64,000 nt of DNA from Candidatus Doudnabacteria bacterium. GTDB taxonomy: Bacteria > Patescibacteriota > Doudnabacteria > UBA920. The DNA lies in NCBI GenBank assembly GCA_003151625.1, contig PLYC01000007.1, positions 2,929 through 66,928 on the forward strand, read 5' to 3'. A program made the position numbers and the translations under genes. Positions 35,156-44,935 of the stretch are shown one piece after another. The stretch's first letter is position 1. The number at the start of each line of letters is the position of its first letter. Under the pieces are notes generated by a model. The model did no database searches. It had not been told where the DNA came from and saw nothing but the letters and a program-made list of their open reading frames with translations.

Positions 35156-36445
35156 ATGGAAACAAAATCAAAGAAGCTTTCTTTAGAACCTTATAAAGGT
35201 ACGCGGGATTTTTATCCCGAGAATCAGTTCGTGCAAAATTATATTTTTGGCGTTTGGCGGAAAGTGGCTGAAAGTTACGGCTATTTGGAGTATGGGGCTT
35301 CCATTTTGGAAGAGACCGAACTTTATCGCGCTAAAAGCGGCGAAGAAATTGTTAACGAACAAACTTATTCTTTTACCGACCGCGGCGGGCGCGACGTAAC
35401 CATCCGTCCGGAAATGACTCCCACGGTGGCGCGAATGGTCGCGCAAAAACGCCGGGAGCTAAGTTTTCCCTTACGTTGGTATTCCATTCCCAACCTATTC
35501 CGTTACGAGCGACCCCAGCGCGGCCGCCTGCGCGAACACTGGCAGCTTAACTGCGATATTTTTGGAGTGGACAGCATTGAGGCGGATGTTGAGGTTATAT
35601 CTTTGGCGTACGATATGATGAAGGCCTTTGGCGCAAAAGACGAAAATTTTCAAATTAAGATTAATAGCCGTAAGTTTTTGAATTATCTTGCGGATGATTA
35701 TCTACAAATTTCCGAAGAACAAAAACACAAAACATTTAAGCTTATAGACCGGATGAATAAAATAAGCGTCGAGGAATTTGAGATACAGGGAATTGAAATC
35801 CTAAACGAGAAATTTGATAAATTAAAGAAAGTTATTTCCAGCAAGGATCCATCTGACATAGCGGGAGACAATAATACTACAACAGGAGTTTCAGATATTT
35901 TAAATTTAATAACTTCTTTAAAAAGAAAAGGTATTGTAAATGTAGTTTTTGATCCAACCATAATGCGCGGGTTTGACTATTACACCGGCACGGTTTTTGA
36001 AATGTATGATACCAACCCAAAAAATCCCCGTGCACTTTTTGGCGGTGGCCGGTACGACGACCTCGTGGGCATTTTTGGAGTGGAAAAAGTTTCTGGTATT
36101 GGTTTTGGCTGGGGGGATGTAACTACACGTGATTTTTTGGAGACTTATAATCTTTTGCCTCAATATCACCCTCCGGTACAGTTATACATCGCGCATCTTG
36201 AAGGGTTTATGGAAGAGGCAAATAAATTGGCAGATTACCTTCGTAAGCAGGGCGCCAATGTGGAAGTGGATTTAACCGACCGCCAAGTTTCCAAACAAAT
36301 AAAAACTTCAGACAAAGAAAAAATTCCATTTGCCTTGGTAGTGGGCGAAGATGAAGTAAAAACCGGAAAGTTTAAGGTCAAAAATTTGGCGCAATCAACT
36401 GAAACAGAAACCACTCGTGATGGTATTGCCGCTATACTTAAATAA
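35156..36445 (+). CDS. hisS: Histidyl-tRNA synthetase
   Basis: Class II motifs: RDVTIRPEMTPTVAR (motif 2 region), GGGRYDDL (motif 3 region), C-terminal anticodon-binding domain. Confidence 0.9.
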   Translation: METKSKKLSLEPYKGTRDFYPENQFVQNYIFGVWRKVAESYGYLEYGASILEETELYRAKSGEEIVNEQTYSFTDRGGRDVTIRPEMTPTVARMVAQKRRELSFPLRWYSIPNLFRYERPQRGRLREHWQLNCDIFGVDSIEADVEVISLAYDMMKAFGAKDENFQIKINSRKFLNYLADDYLQISEEQKHKTFKLIDRMNKISVEEFEIQGIEILNEKFDKLKKVISSKDPSDIAGDNNTTTGVSDILNLITSLKRKGIVNVVFDPTIMRGFDYYTGTVFEMYDTNPKNPRALFGGGRYDDLVGIFGVEKVSGIGFGWGDVTTRDFLETYNLLPQYHPPVQLYIAHLEGFMEEANKLADYLRKQGANVEVDLTDRQVSKQIKTSDKEKIPFALVVGEDEVKTGKFKVKNLAQSTETETTRDGIAAILK

Positions 36446-36466
36446 AGCGGCAAGAAAATATTCTTT

Positions 36467-37093
36467 ATGTTGTCATCAGAAGAACAAATAACTCTGGATA
36501 CATATAATAATATCGCCCCGCAATGGGTAAGCAAAAATTATGTTTTGGATTTTTGGCTTGAGGAATATCAAATATTCCATAGTTATTTATCGGCTGGTAA
36601 AATTATTGATCTTGGCTGTGGTGGGGGGAGGGACAGTGTTTGGTTTAAAAAAAATGGTTACGATTATGTTGGTGTGGATATATCAGAGGGTATGCTGGCT
36701 GAAGCCCATAAGCGTCATCCCGACACTCGCTTTATGCAACAGAGCTTGTATGACCTAGATTTTCCTAAGAACAGTTTCGATGGTTTTTGGTCAGCGTGCT
36801 CGTTTTTGCATATCCCAAAAGAACGGATAAATGTGGTTTTGGGTAATATCAAAAATATTTTGAAGCCCGGGGCTGTTGGTTTTATTTCTATTAAGCAAGG
36901 GACAAAGTTTGTAAAAAAAGCATGGCACGAAAGCGGAAGAGAAAGATTCTTTGCCTATTATGAACAGGATGAGTTTGCAAAAATATTAAAAGACCAGGGT
37001 TTTGATATTTTGCAAACAGCTATAAGGTCACCGGAAAATTCTGATCAAGACGAAACGTTTTTAATTTTTTACGTAAAGTTAGTCACAAAATAA
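36467..37093 (+). CDS. Class I SAM-dependent methyltransferase
   Basis: IIDLGCGGGRDSVWF (motif I) and VGVDISEGM. Confidence 0.65.
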   Translation: MLSSEEQITLDTYNNIAPQWVSKNYVLDFWLEEYQIFHSYLSAGKIIDLGCGGGRDSVWFKKNGYDYVGVDISEGMLAEAHKRHPDTRFMQQSLYDLDFPKNSFDGFWSACSFLHIPKERINVVLGNIKNILKPGAVGFISIKQGTKFVKKAWHESGRERFFAYYEQDEFAKILKDQGFDILQTAIRSPENSDQDETFLIFYVKLVTK

Positions 37094-37506
37094 TGGAACT
37101 CCAGGTCGGCGTTAAGGCGCTGTTAAAAAATAAAGAAGGGAAGTATTTACTGCTTAGGCGGAACCCAAAAAAGTATCCGGAAGTCGGGCCGAACTGGGAT
37201 ATTATAGGCGGCAGGATAAATCCGGGTTTGCCGCTTTTAGACAATCTGAAAAGGGAAATAATGGAAGAAGCGAGATTGGATTATCATGGAACGCCAAAAT
37301 TAGTGGCCGCGCAGGATATTTTAAAAATTCCCGACCGCCACGTGGTTCGTTTAACTTTTACTGGAGATATGGAAGGGGAACCAAAAGTTGACGAAGAACA
37401 TTTGGAAGCCAAATGGTTTACGGCCGCCGAAATAAAAGCAATGAGTGTAACCGAACTTGATAGTTTTTTTAAGGAACTAATTGATAAAGAAAATATTAAT
37501 TTATAA
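37093..37506 (+). CDS. NUDIX hydrolase
   Basis: Nudix box GGRINPGLPLLDNLKREIMEEARL. ATGA-type overlap with the upstream stop. Confidence 0.7.
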   Translation: MELQVGVKALLKNKEGKYLLLRRNPKKYPEVGPNWDIIGGRINPGLPLLDNLKREIMEEARLDYHGTPKLVAAQDILKIPDRHVVRLTFTGDMEGEPKVDEEHLEAKWFTAAEIKAMSVTELDSFFKELIDKENINL

Positions 37507-37511
37507 AATTT

Positions 37512-37730
37512 ATGGAAATGCGGGGCGATGTCAGGGTTTATTCCGGAATTTTTCTTATTATTTTGGCCGCTTTGGCCGTGATTATTTTTTTAAAGCCAAA
37601 GGCAAAAACTACCAAACCAATAACGACTTTTGAGGAATGCCAGGCCGCAGGCTATCCGGTAATGCAAAGCTATCCGCCGCAGTGTACATTGCCCAACGGA
37701 AGATTTTTTGTTCAGCAGGTTGTTGAATAA
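37512..37730 (+). CDS. Small exported hypothetical protein
   Basis: TM/signal followed by Cys-containing short domain. Confidence 0.3.
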   Translation: MEMRGDVRVYSGIFLIILAALAVIIFLKPKAKTTKPITTFEECQAAGYPVMQSYPPQCTLPNGRFFVQQVVE

Positions 37731-37762
37731 AAGTAAGTTTAGAATTAAGTTGATATAATCAT

Positions 37763-37800
37763 CGACCTGTAAAATTCACGGCCGTGAATTTTACAGGTCG
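37763..37800. terminator. Palindromic hairpin of the TTCACGGCCGTGAA family
   Basis: cgacctgtaaaattcacggccgtgaattttacaggtcg. Centre identical to 13811 hairpin, outer stem different (covariation). Confidence 0.5.
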
Positions 37801-37914
37801 TGTAATATTTATAAACCCTGTTAGAAACTATTTGGCTAAAGGACAGGCCAGAAATTTTTAAGAAATAAGCGCGTAAATCCTAAGAAGAATAAAAAAATAG
37901 TCATTCCTAACTGG

Positions 37915-38772
37915 ATGAAGAAAATTCTCGGGGTAATTATTATATTAATTTTGGCTGTAGCCACCTGGCACTACCGTTTTTTCGAGCAGAAATTTATCCA
38001 AAAACTACCGGAGCTAGCCAAGGCGCCTTCTGTGGCTAATATTGTCCAGGATATTTCCACGCCGCCGCCTTTGGTTGGACAAAGGAATAATCCAAACTCC
38101 AGCTTAACTAGAGCCGGCGTAATTACATGGACGAATACTAACCGTGAACAAAACGGCGACCTTTTGCCGCTCACGGAAAATTCACAACTGGACAAGGCGG
38201 CGCAATTAAAGCTGGCTGATATGTTTAAACAACAGTATTTTGAACATATAAATCCGCAGGGAGTTGGGCCGGCCGATTTGGCCAAACAGGCCGGATATAA
38301 TTTTATTTCTGAAGGAGAAAATTTAGCGTTGGGAAATTTTACCGACGACCAAGATCTTCTCACAGCCTGGATGAACAGCCCCGGCCACAGAGCCAACATT
38401 TTAAACGTTAAATACCAGGAAATTGGCGTGGCCGTTGGTCAGGGTCTGTATGAAGGGCATAAAACTTGGCTGGCGGTTCAGGAATTCGGCAAACCGGCCA
38501 GCAGTTGCCCAACCATAGATTTAAATTTAAAAGCGCAGGTCAATAGCTTGCAGGCGGATGTGAATAAATTAAGCCCCCAACTGGCTTCGTTAAAAAGTCA
38601 GATAGATTCCGCTTCCCCCAGAACCCAAAGCGATTATAACTCTTATAACCAAATTGTCGCTCAGTACAACAGTATGGTGGGAATTTACAACAATAAAGTG
38701 GATATTCTAAAATTAGTCACCGGCCAATATAACAGCGAGGTTAAGGCGTACAATGCGTGCCTGGGTAGTTAG
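37915..38772 (+). CDS. CAP/SCP/PR-1 domain secreted protein with C-terminal coiled coil
   Basis: Signal/TM. CAP motifs GHYTQ-like GHRANILN and HFEHINPQG region. C-terminal Q/N-rich heptad repeats. Confidence 0.6.
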   Translation: MKKILGVIIILILAVATWHYRFFEQKFIQKLPELAKAPSVANIVQDISTPPPLVGQRNNPNSSLTRAGVITWTNTNREQNGDLLPLTENSQLDKAAQLKLADMFKQQYFEHINPQGVGPADLAKQAGYNFISEGENLALGNFTDDQDLLTAWMNSPGHRANILNVKYQEIGVAVGQGLYEGHKTWLAVQEFGKPASSCPTIDLNLKAQVNSLQADVNKLSPQLASLKSQIDSASPRTQSDYNSYNQIVAQYNSMVGIYNNKVDILKLVTGQYNSEVKAYNACLGS

Positions 38773-38918
38773 CTTCGCGTGTAACCATTCCAAAATTTAG
38801 TCTGAAATAAATAATCAGCGTAAAAATTTACTCCATACTTAATACGAGATTCTGGGATGGTATTTGTCTTTGGAATAGGTTATAATTAATTAGCTTGAAT
38901 TACAATTAAATTAAATTT

Positions 38919-39200
38919 ATGGGATTAATGGATAAGTTAAAAGACATAAACGAAATGCGCAAGCAGGCCAAACATATGGAAAGCCTGCTGGCCACAGAAA
39001 TAGTAAGCGGAAAATCTTCCGGTGGGAAAATTATTTTAACTATGGACGGCAACCAAAACATAAAGAGCGTGGAAGTTTCCCCGGATATTGTGGGTGATAA
39101 AAGTGAAATAGGCAGACACATTCGTTCGGCCATGGAAGATTTATTTAAACATCATAAAAAGATGCTGCAGGGAAAATTTGGGAACATGCTTCAGGGATAG
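38919..39200 (+). CDS. ybaB: YbaB/EbfC nucleoid-associated protein
   Basis: MGLMDKLKDINEMRKQAKHMESLL...SGGKIILTMDGNQNIKSVEVSPD typical YbaB. Confidence 0.75.
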   Translation: MGLMDKLKDINEMRKQAKHMESLLATEIVSGKSSGGKIILTMDGNQNIKSVEVSPDIVGDKSEIGRHIRSAMEDLFKHHKKMLQGKFGNMLQG

Positions 39201-39267
39201 GAATTAGGAAGTATGAATTAGGAAGTAAGACTAAAATCATAATTCTTGATTCATAATTTAAACACAA

Positions 39268-40194
39268 ATGTTAAATAAATACGTAGCTACAATTATTATC
39301 AGCGGCTTGCTAATAGCGCCTAGTTTCGCTATGGCTCTTAACATGCCCACCAGCGGCAACGATTTGGCCAATATGCAAGGTGTAAGCGCGCAGGCATATA
39401 TAGTGCAGGACGCGACTACCGGGCAGGTGCTCATAGATAAAAATGCCGATATGCCCTGGACGCCAGCATCGCTAACTAAATTAGTTACGGCTTTGGTGGT
39501 GCTAGACACCAAACCCAAACTCACTAAAACGGTTGCCATAACAAACCAGGATCAAACGCTTGGCGCCTGCACTTCCGGCGGCGCCTGCATAAAGGCCAAG
39601 GTCGGCGTAAAATTTACTGTAGACGGGCTGTTCCATGCCGCCCTGCTACCTTCGGCCAATAACGCAGCCAGCGCACTGGCCAGAAGCACCGGACTTTCTA
39701 TGGATCAATTCGTCGCCAAAATGAATCAAAAAGCCGCCTCATTAGGTGCTGTCGGGACTCATTTTAACGAACCCACTGGCATGGATCCGGACAATAAAAT
39801 CACCGCGGCCGATTACGCTAAAATTGTTACTGCGGCCTTTTCTAACGCTTATTTAAGGGCAATTGCAGGACTAAACAATTACTCGTTGCGTTCCACTAAT
39901 AATTCAAGGTATAATCAAACTATTAAAAATACAGACAAACTGTTAACCGATGCCGATGTGGAAATTTTAGGAGCCAAAACCGGCTATTTAACGGAATCCA
40001 AATATAATTTTGCCTCGCTTATAAAATACAACGGCCAGGAATTAGCGGTGGTGGTTTTGGGGGAAGACCATTTATACACAGCCTTCGGTGAAACCAAACT
40101 GTTAACAGATTTGGCCGGACAAGCACAATTGCTGGCTTTGGTTAATTGGGGACCAATGGTTTTGGGAACGAGTACGGTGGCGAGCGCAAATTAA
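39268..40194 (+). CDS. D-alanyl-D-alanine carboxypeptidase (PBP5-like, S11)
   Basis: ASLTK (SxxK), LPSANN (SxN), KTGY (KTG), plus signal peptide. Confidence 0.75.
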   Translation: MLNKYVATIIISGLLIAPSFAMALNMPTSGNDLANMQGVSAQAYIVQDATTGQVLIDKNADMPWTPASLTKLVTALVVLDTKPKLTKTVAITNQDQTLGACTSGGACIKAKVGVKFTVDGLFHAALLPSANNAASALARSTGLSMDQFVAKMNQKAASLGAVGTHFNEPTGMDPDNKITAADYAKIVTAAFSNAYLRAIAGLNNYSLRSTNNSRYNQTIKNTDKLLTDADVEILGAKTGYLTESKYNFASLIKYNGQELAVVVLGEDHLYTAFGETKLLTDLAGQAQLLALVNWGPMVLGTSTVASAN

Positions 40195-40253
40195 ATTAGG
40201 TTAATAAGAATAATTAGATTTTTTTCGCCAAAATAATTAATAATAATTTCAAA

Positions 40254-40937
40254 ATGAAGAAAATTATCACCATCATAATAGTTGTACTAGTAGTCTTGGG
40301 CTTGGGTTATTATTTGTTTAAAATCTCCCCGGATCAGACCCAGCAATCCACATCCACAGCGTACAACGCCGCAATTAACACCTCATCTATTAAAGCAATC
40401 TCTTCCCCCCCGGATTTTGACCCAAGTATAGATAACTACCAAGGCGACGCCAAAGCCAAGAATGTATTTATTGAATACGCCGACTACGAATGTCCAGCCT
40501 GCGCTTCTTACAGCGATATGCTTAAACAAGTACCCACCACGTTTAAAAATACGGTTTTTGTGTTTCGCTATTTTCCTTTAACCCAAATTCACCCAAACTC
40601 CGTGGAATCCGCGCTGGCCGCCGAGGCCGCCGGAGCGCAGGGCAAGTATTGGGAAATGCACGACCTGTTGTTTAAAAATCAGGTTGATTGGCAAAGCTTG
40701 GGCGACCCAATCGATGTTTTTGTGCAGTATGCACAAACAGTCGGCGTCTCCAACATAAACCAATTTAAAAGCGACATAACTAGCAAAAAATATCTATCGA
40801 AAATTCAAACCGACAGCGATCAGGCTCTGGGTCTCAATTTGTCCGGCACACCAAGTTTTCTTTTTAACGGACACACTTTACAAAATGCCGACATAGCCGG
40901 AATGGAAAAGCAGTCACAGGCGTTTTATATAAAATAA
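40254..40937 (+). CDS. DsbA-family thiol:disulfide oxidoreductase
   Basis: CPAC active site within thioredoxin fold and GTPSFLFNG. Confidence 0.7.
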   Translation: MKKIITIIIVVLVVLGLGYYLFKISPDQTQQSTSTAYNAAINTSSIKAISSPPDFDPSIDNYQGDAKAKNVFIEYADYECPACASYSDMLKQVPTTFKNTVFVFRYFPLTQIHPNSVESALAAEAAGAQGKYWEMHDLLFKNQVDWQSLGDPIDVFVQYAQTVGVSNINQFKSDITSKKYLSKIQTDSDQALGLNLSGTPSFLFNGHTLQNADIAGMEKQSQAFYIK

Positions 40938-40954
40938 ATCTCTATGTGTCATCC

Positions 40955-41075
40955 CGGAATTTTTTACAGTTTAGTATATCATTAGTCATAAAAAATATCC
41001 GGGATCCAGGAATGAGCTTGTCACTGAACCCCGGATATTTTTCAGCCGATAATAATCTAGTAACTGAAAAATTCC
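40955..41075. repeat. Intergenic palindromic cluster of CCGGAAT/ATTCCGG and ATCCGGG/CCCGGAT units
   Basis: tcatcccggaatttttt ... aaaaatatccgggatcc ... gaaccccggatattttt ... gaaaaattccggggtgg in mirrored order. Confidence 0.4.
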
Positions 41076-41078
41076 GGG

Positions 41079-41894
41079 GTGGCAAGAAATCAATTAATTT
41101 TAATGACTTATAAAAAATTCGCGACAGATTTAGCCAAGCAAGCCGGAGCAATAATCCGCAAAAACTTTAAGCACGGGATGCAGAAAGACTGGAAAAGCAA
41201 CGATACGCCGGTTACCGTTACCGACACCAAAATTAACAGCCTGGTAATTGCCGCGGTAAAAAAGAGGTTCCCGACCCACGATGTTTTGGGCGAGGAAGAA
41301 AGCAGCCGTACTAACAACAGCAAATATTTATGGGTTTGCGATCCGGTGGACGGTACTATCCCATTTTCGCACGGCATCCCGACTTGCGTGTTTTCCTTGG
41401 CTTTGGTTATTGACGGCCTGCCGATGCTTGGCGTAATTTTTGATCCGTTTATGAATCGTTTGATTTTTGCGGAAAAAGGCAAAGGCGCGTTTTTAAACGG
41501 CAAAAAAATCCATGTCAGCAACCATGGGATTAAAAATTCGGTGCTGGATTGGGAATCGCCGAGCCTAATGACGAAGCTTGTCGAAACATACAAAAATTGC
41601 CTGCCTGTGAAATTAAATAGTTATATTTACGGCGGCATGCTGGTGGCCATGGGAGAGCTGGTTGCTTCAATGTACAGTTGGCATTTTGCCCACGACTGCG
41701 CTTCCCTGAAAATTATTATAGAAGAGGCCGGCGGCAAGGCAACAGACCTGCAAGGCAATGACCAAAGGTACGACGGTAAAGTCAAAGGCATGCTGATAAG
41801 TAACGGCGTTGTCCATAATCAGCTAATTAAAATTGCAAAGACGCATAGGAGTCTTTTTTTCGGCAAAACGGGAAACGGCGAGTTTCAATTTTAA
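41079..41894 (+). CDS. Inositol monophosphatase family protein
   Basis: HDVLGEEES and WVCDPVDGT metal-binding motifs. Confidence 0.7.
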   Translation: MARNQLILMTYKKFATDLAKQAGAIIRKNFKHGMQKDWKSNDTPVTVTDTKINSLVIAAVKKRFPTHDVLGEEESSRTNNSKYLWVCDPVDGTIPFSHGIPTCVFSLALVIDGLPMLGVIFDPFMNRLIFAEKGKGAFLNGKKIHVSNHGIKNSVLDWESPSLMTKLVETYKNCLPVKLNSYIYGGMLVAMGELVASMYSWHFAHDCASLKIIIEEAGGKATDLQGNDQRYDGKVKGMLISNGVVHNQLIKIAKTHRSLFFGKTGNGEFQF

Positions 41895-41945
41895 ATTAAA
41901 AATAATTTTAAAGGGATTTACCGCAGTTTGTAAATAAAAAAATGC

Positions 41946-41993
41946 ACCCCACGCCTCAACTCTCTCCTATAGAGCGATGGCGTGGGGTTTTTG
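41946..41993 (+). terminator. Rho-independent terminator
   Basis: ccccacgcc...ggcgtgggg ttttt. Confidence 0.65.
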
Positions 41994-42020
41994 GTTGGAC
42001 GGGGAGGGTCGGGAAGCGTC

Positions 42021-42515
42021 CTACTTCTTGATAGAGTAAGCGGGCGGAGAGGTGTAAGCAACCCCTTTTTTTCGCAGCAGCTTTTTGTATTCTTCAAAGA
42101 GCTGCTTTCCGTTCTTGTCTTCGATTGAGAGAAATTTCGTTTTGGAGAACTCCCTCCGAAGAGCCGCCGCCTGTTCCTTGTTTTCGGTCCAGCCGAAGGT
42201 TTCGACGCTGCCGTCGTCCTTCAAGCCGAACCGTGAAATGGCGGACAGATGCTCGCCGCCATCACGAGAGTAATACTCGTTTCGAGGCAAGCCGGTAGAT
42301 GTTAGAACGACCAGGAATTCCTGGGCGGCATAATCCGCCGGATTTTTCGTGATAGGAACGCCAGTATCAAGCCCGTCCCCACCTTTAGGGAGAGGGATGT
42401 CCTTGGTTACTCCAATAGGAACCTTGTCTCCGGGTACCGGCTGGACTTCCCCTTGGGCGAAGCCTGTTCCGATGAACGACAACGCGCCCACCGCGATGAG
42501 TACCGTCAATTTCAT
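42021..42515 (-). CDS. High-GC secreted hypothetical protein
   Basis: Signal peptide MKLTVLIAVGALSFIGTGFAQGE. AGGAGG RBS. GC content clearly above neighbours. Confidence 0.5.
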   Translation of the reverse strand: MKLTVLIAVGALSFIGTGFAQGEVQPVPGDKVPIGVTKDIPLPKGGDGLDTGVPITKNPADYAAQEFLVVLTSTGLPRNEYYSRDGGEHLSAISRFGLKDDGSVETFGWTENKEQAAALRREFSKTKFLSIEDKNGKQLFEEYKKLLRKKGVAYTSPPAYSIKK

Positions 42516-42565
42516 AGTGACCTCCTGCGTTACATACTTTACATCTATAACGTTTTTATGTCAAA

Positions 42566-43849
42566 ATGTGTGGTATGGCAATAAAAGGAAAAAAAGTTTT
42601 AATAGCGCAAAACCCTCTCTCCCGCTCGGCAACCTCGCGGCACTCTCCCCCAACCGCCTTCGCCAAGGCTCCGGCGGTCAAGAAGGGGGAGAGGGAAAAG
42701 GTTCTAATCGCTCTATCCGGCGGAATAGATTCCGCGGTTTCGGCTTATCTGCTGGTAAAAAAAGGCTACCAAGTAGAAGCGGCTTTTATGAAGAATTGGT
42801 CTTCAACCGAAGGCCTTTTGAAAAACGAATGCCCGTGGCTGGTGGACAGGCAGGACGCTTTGCGTGTGGCCCCGTTTTTGCGCATTCCGCTGCACACTTT
42901 GGATTTTGAAAAGCAATACCAAAAAAACGTAATGGAATATTTTTTTAACGAATACAAAAAAGGCCGTACGCCCAACCCGGACGTAATGTGCAACAAGGAA
43001 ATTAAATTTAAACTATTGTATAACTGGGCAATGAAAAACGGGTTTGATTATTTAGCGACCGGACACTACGCACGAATAAAGTTTCAGACTAGCCAAAATC
43101 ACGGCCGTGATTTAAGCAAGTATACACTTTCGCGAAGTGCGGATGAATTTAAGGATCAGACTTACTTTATCTACAATATACAAACCGAGCAGCTCCCGCA
43201 TATTTTGTTTCCTATTGGCGGAATGAAAAAGACCGCGGTAAGAACGCTTGCCAGAGAGCTAAAACTGCCCAACGCGGAAAAAAAGGAAAGTATGGGCTTG
43301 TGCTTTGTAGGGAAGATAAGATTGAAGGATTTTTTGGAGCAGAGGTTAAAGCCAAAAGCGGGGCCGATTGTGTTTATGCAATCATCGATACCCTCATCTG
43401 TCGTTCAGATGCATTCACGACATCTTCCCCCAAAGGGGGAAGGGGGAGACACTGTCCTCGGTCAACATCAAGGCCTCTATAACTATACCATTGGCCAGCG
43501 ACAGGGGATAAAAGTCGGCGGGGGCGGCCCTTATTACGTGGTGAAAAAAGATTTAAAGACCAACACGTTGTATGTGACCAATAATCCCGATGATGAAAAT
43601 TTGCTGACCAGGGAAATCCAAATCCACAGCATAAATTGGATTAGCCCGGGCTACCAACTAAAAACCATAAACTATAAACTAACGGGCCGTTACCGCCACC
43701 AGGGCGAACTTGTACCGCTGACCATAAAGCAAATAAAAAAAGATCTCTACAGTGTTACGTTTGTCAAACCCCAAAAAGCTGTTGCCTCGGGACAAAGTTT
43801 GGTATTATATAAAGGTAAGGAATGCTTAGGCGGCGGAGTAATAGTATAA
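42566..43849 (+). CDS. mnmA: tRNA-specific 2-thiouridylase MnmA
   Basis: PP-loop SGGIDS. MnmA C-terminal blocks YTIGQRQG. Carries two GC-rich palindromic in-frame insertions (approx 42609-42700 and 43380-43455). Alternative start at 42575. Confidence 0.8.
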   Translation: MCGMAIKGKKVLIAQNPLSRSATSRHSPPTAFAKAPAVKKGEREKVLIALSGGIDSAVSAYLLVKKGYQVEAAFMKNWSSTEGLLKNECPWLVDRQDALRVAPFLRIPLHTLDFEKQYQKNVMEYFFNEYKKGRTPNPDVMCNKEIKFKLLYNWAMKNGFDYLATGHYARIKFQTSQNHGRDLSKYTLSRSADEFKDQTYFIYNIQTEQLPHILFPIGGMKKTAVRTLARELKLPNAEKKESMGLCFVGKIRLKDFLEQRLKPKAGPIVFMQSSIPSSVVQMHSRHLPPKGEGGDTVLGQHQGLYNYTIGQRQGIKVGGGGPYYVVKKDLKTNTLYVTNNPDDENLLTREIQIHSINWISPGYQLKTINYKLTGRYRHQGELVPLTIKQIKKDLYSVTFVKPQKAVASGQSLVLYKGKECLGGGVIV

Positions 43850-44313
43850 TGACAAAAATGAGCAAAATTAATAAAATTGACAAAATTAACTTGGATAAAA
43901 TTCCATTCGGAAGTTTGGAAGCTTTTAATGTGCTTGTGGAAATTCCGGAGGGGAGCAATTTAAAGTATGAATTCGATGAAGCCTCGGGTGAAATGAAAGT
44001 GGATTTTGTATTTGAAAATTTCTCCTTCCCCTTTAGCTACGGTTTTATACCCGGAACTTTGGGAGGGGATGGTGACCATTTGGATGCGATTGTTTTATCT
44101 TCCGAGCCAATATCATCGGGGAGCGTAATTAAGTGCCGCGCGGTTGGCGTAATGGAAACAATAGATACCGGCGAGGTGGACAATAAACTTATTGTGGTTC
44201 CGGTGGCCGATGATCTGGCCAAGAAATATCAGGACATTTCTGATCTACCCGAAGACAGCTTAAAAAAATGGACAGATTTATATATATATGGAAATTGCCA
44301 GGCAGAAAAATAA
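43848..44313 (+). CDS. ppa: Inorganic pyrophosphatase (family I)
   Basis: EIPEGSNLKYEFD and DGDHLDAIVLS family-I PPase motifs. ATG overlaps the mnmA stop (TAATG). Confidence 0.8.
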
Positions 44314-44525
44314 AGTAAAGAAAAAATTTATCGAAGTCAAAGGCCTGAAAAACAAACAAGCAGCGTTGGAAGAAATAAAAAAATCTTTAATTACACCATA
44401 AATTTAATCTGGAAGAAGGGAACCTTCTCCCATCTTCGATAACGCAAAACGCTTATAGAGCGCATAGATTGACAAGGAAAACAGTTAGGATTATATTTAA
44501 GGGAGAAAATTAATTTTTATTTTTT

Positions 44526-44786
44526 ATGCCAACACCAATAGAGTTTAGTAAAGGCAGGGGAGATATGAAAGTGACCAAAGATATTTGGTTAAAAAAAATC
44601 GCTGATGGAAAAGACTTTGTTAGGACTGCAAATACCGCCGCCCAATTAAAATCTGAGAAAGATGCGTTGCTTGAGATTTATAGACAATATTACGATTTTT
44701 TGATGGAAACTAGTCAAAAACAAATTGCGGATGAATTGCTGCAGGAACATCCTGAAATAGAACAACACGAAACAGCTAATGCATAA
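44526..44786 (+). CDS. Hypothetical 86-aa protein
   Basis: Followed by terminator 44797-44828. Confidence 0.4.
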   Translation: MPTPIEFSKGRGDMKVTKDIWLKKIADGKDFVRTANTAAQLKSEKDALLEIYRQYYDFLMETSQKQIADELLQEHPEIEQHETANA

Positions 44787-44796
44787 CGATTTTATA

Positions 44797-44828
44797 AAAA
44801 AGACCCTTGACAAAAGGGTCTTTTTTAT
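44797..44828 (+). terminator. Rho-independent terminator
   Basis: aaaaaagacccttgacaaaagggtctttttt. Confidence 0.7.
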
Positions 44829-44935
44829 GTTAATTTTTAGAGTCATCCTTACGCCAGTGAGGTGACTTTTGCCCAATGCATCGGACAAATGAAATAGACG
44901 ACTGGCAAACAAACCCACTTATAAGGAGGGGGTTT

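Noticed and set aside
42349-42909. 186-aa + strand ORF
   Set aside because: It is antisense to and overlaps the well-supported secreted-protein gene (42021..42515) and the mnmA start. It is a GC-rich artefact.
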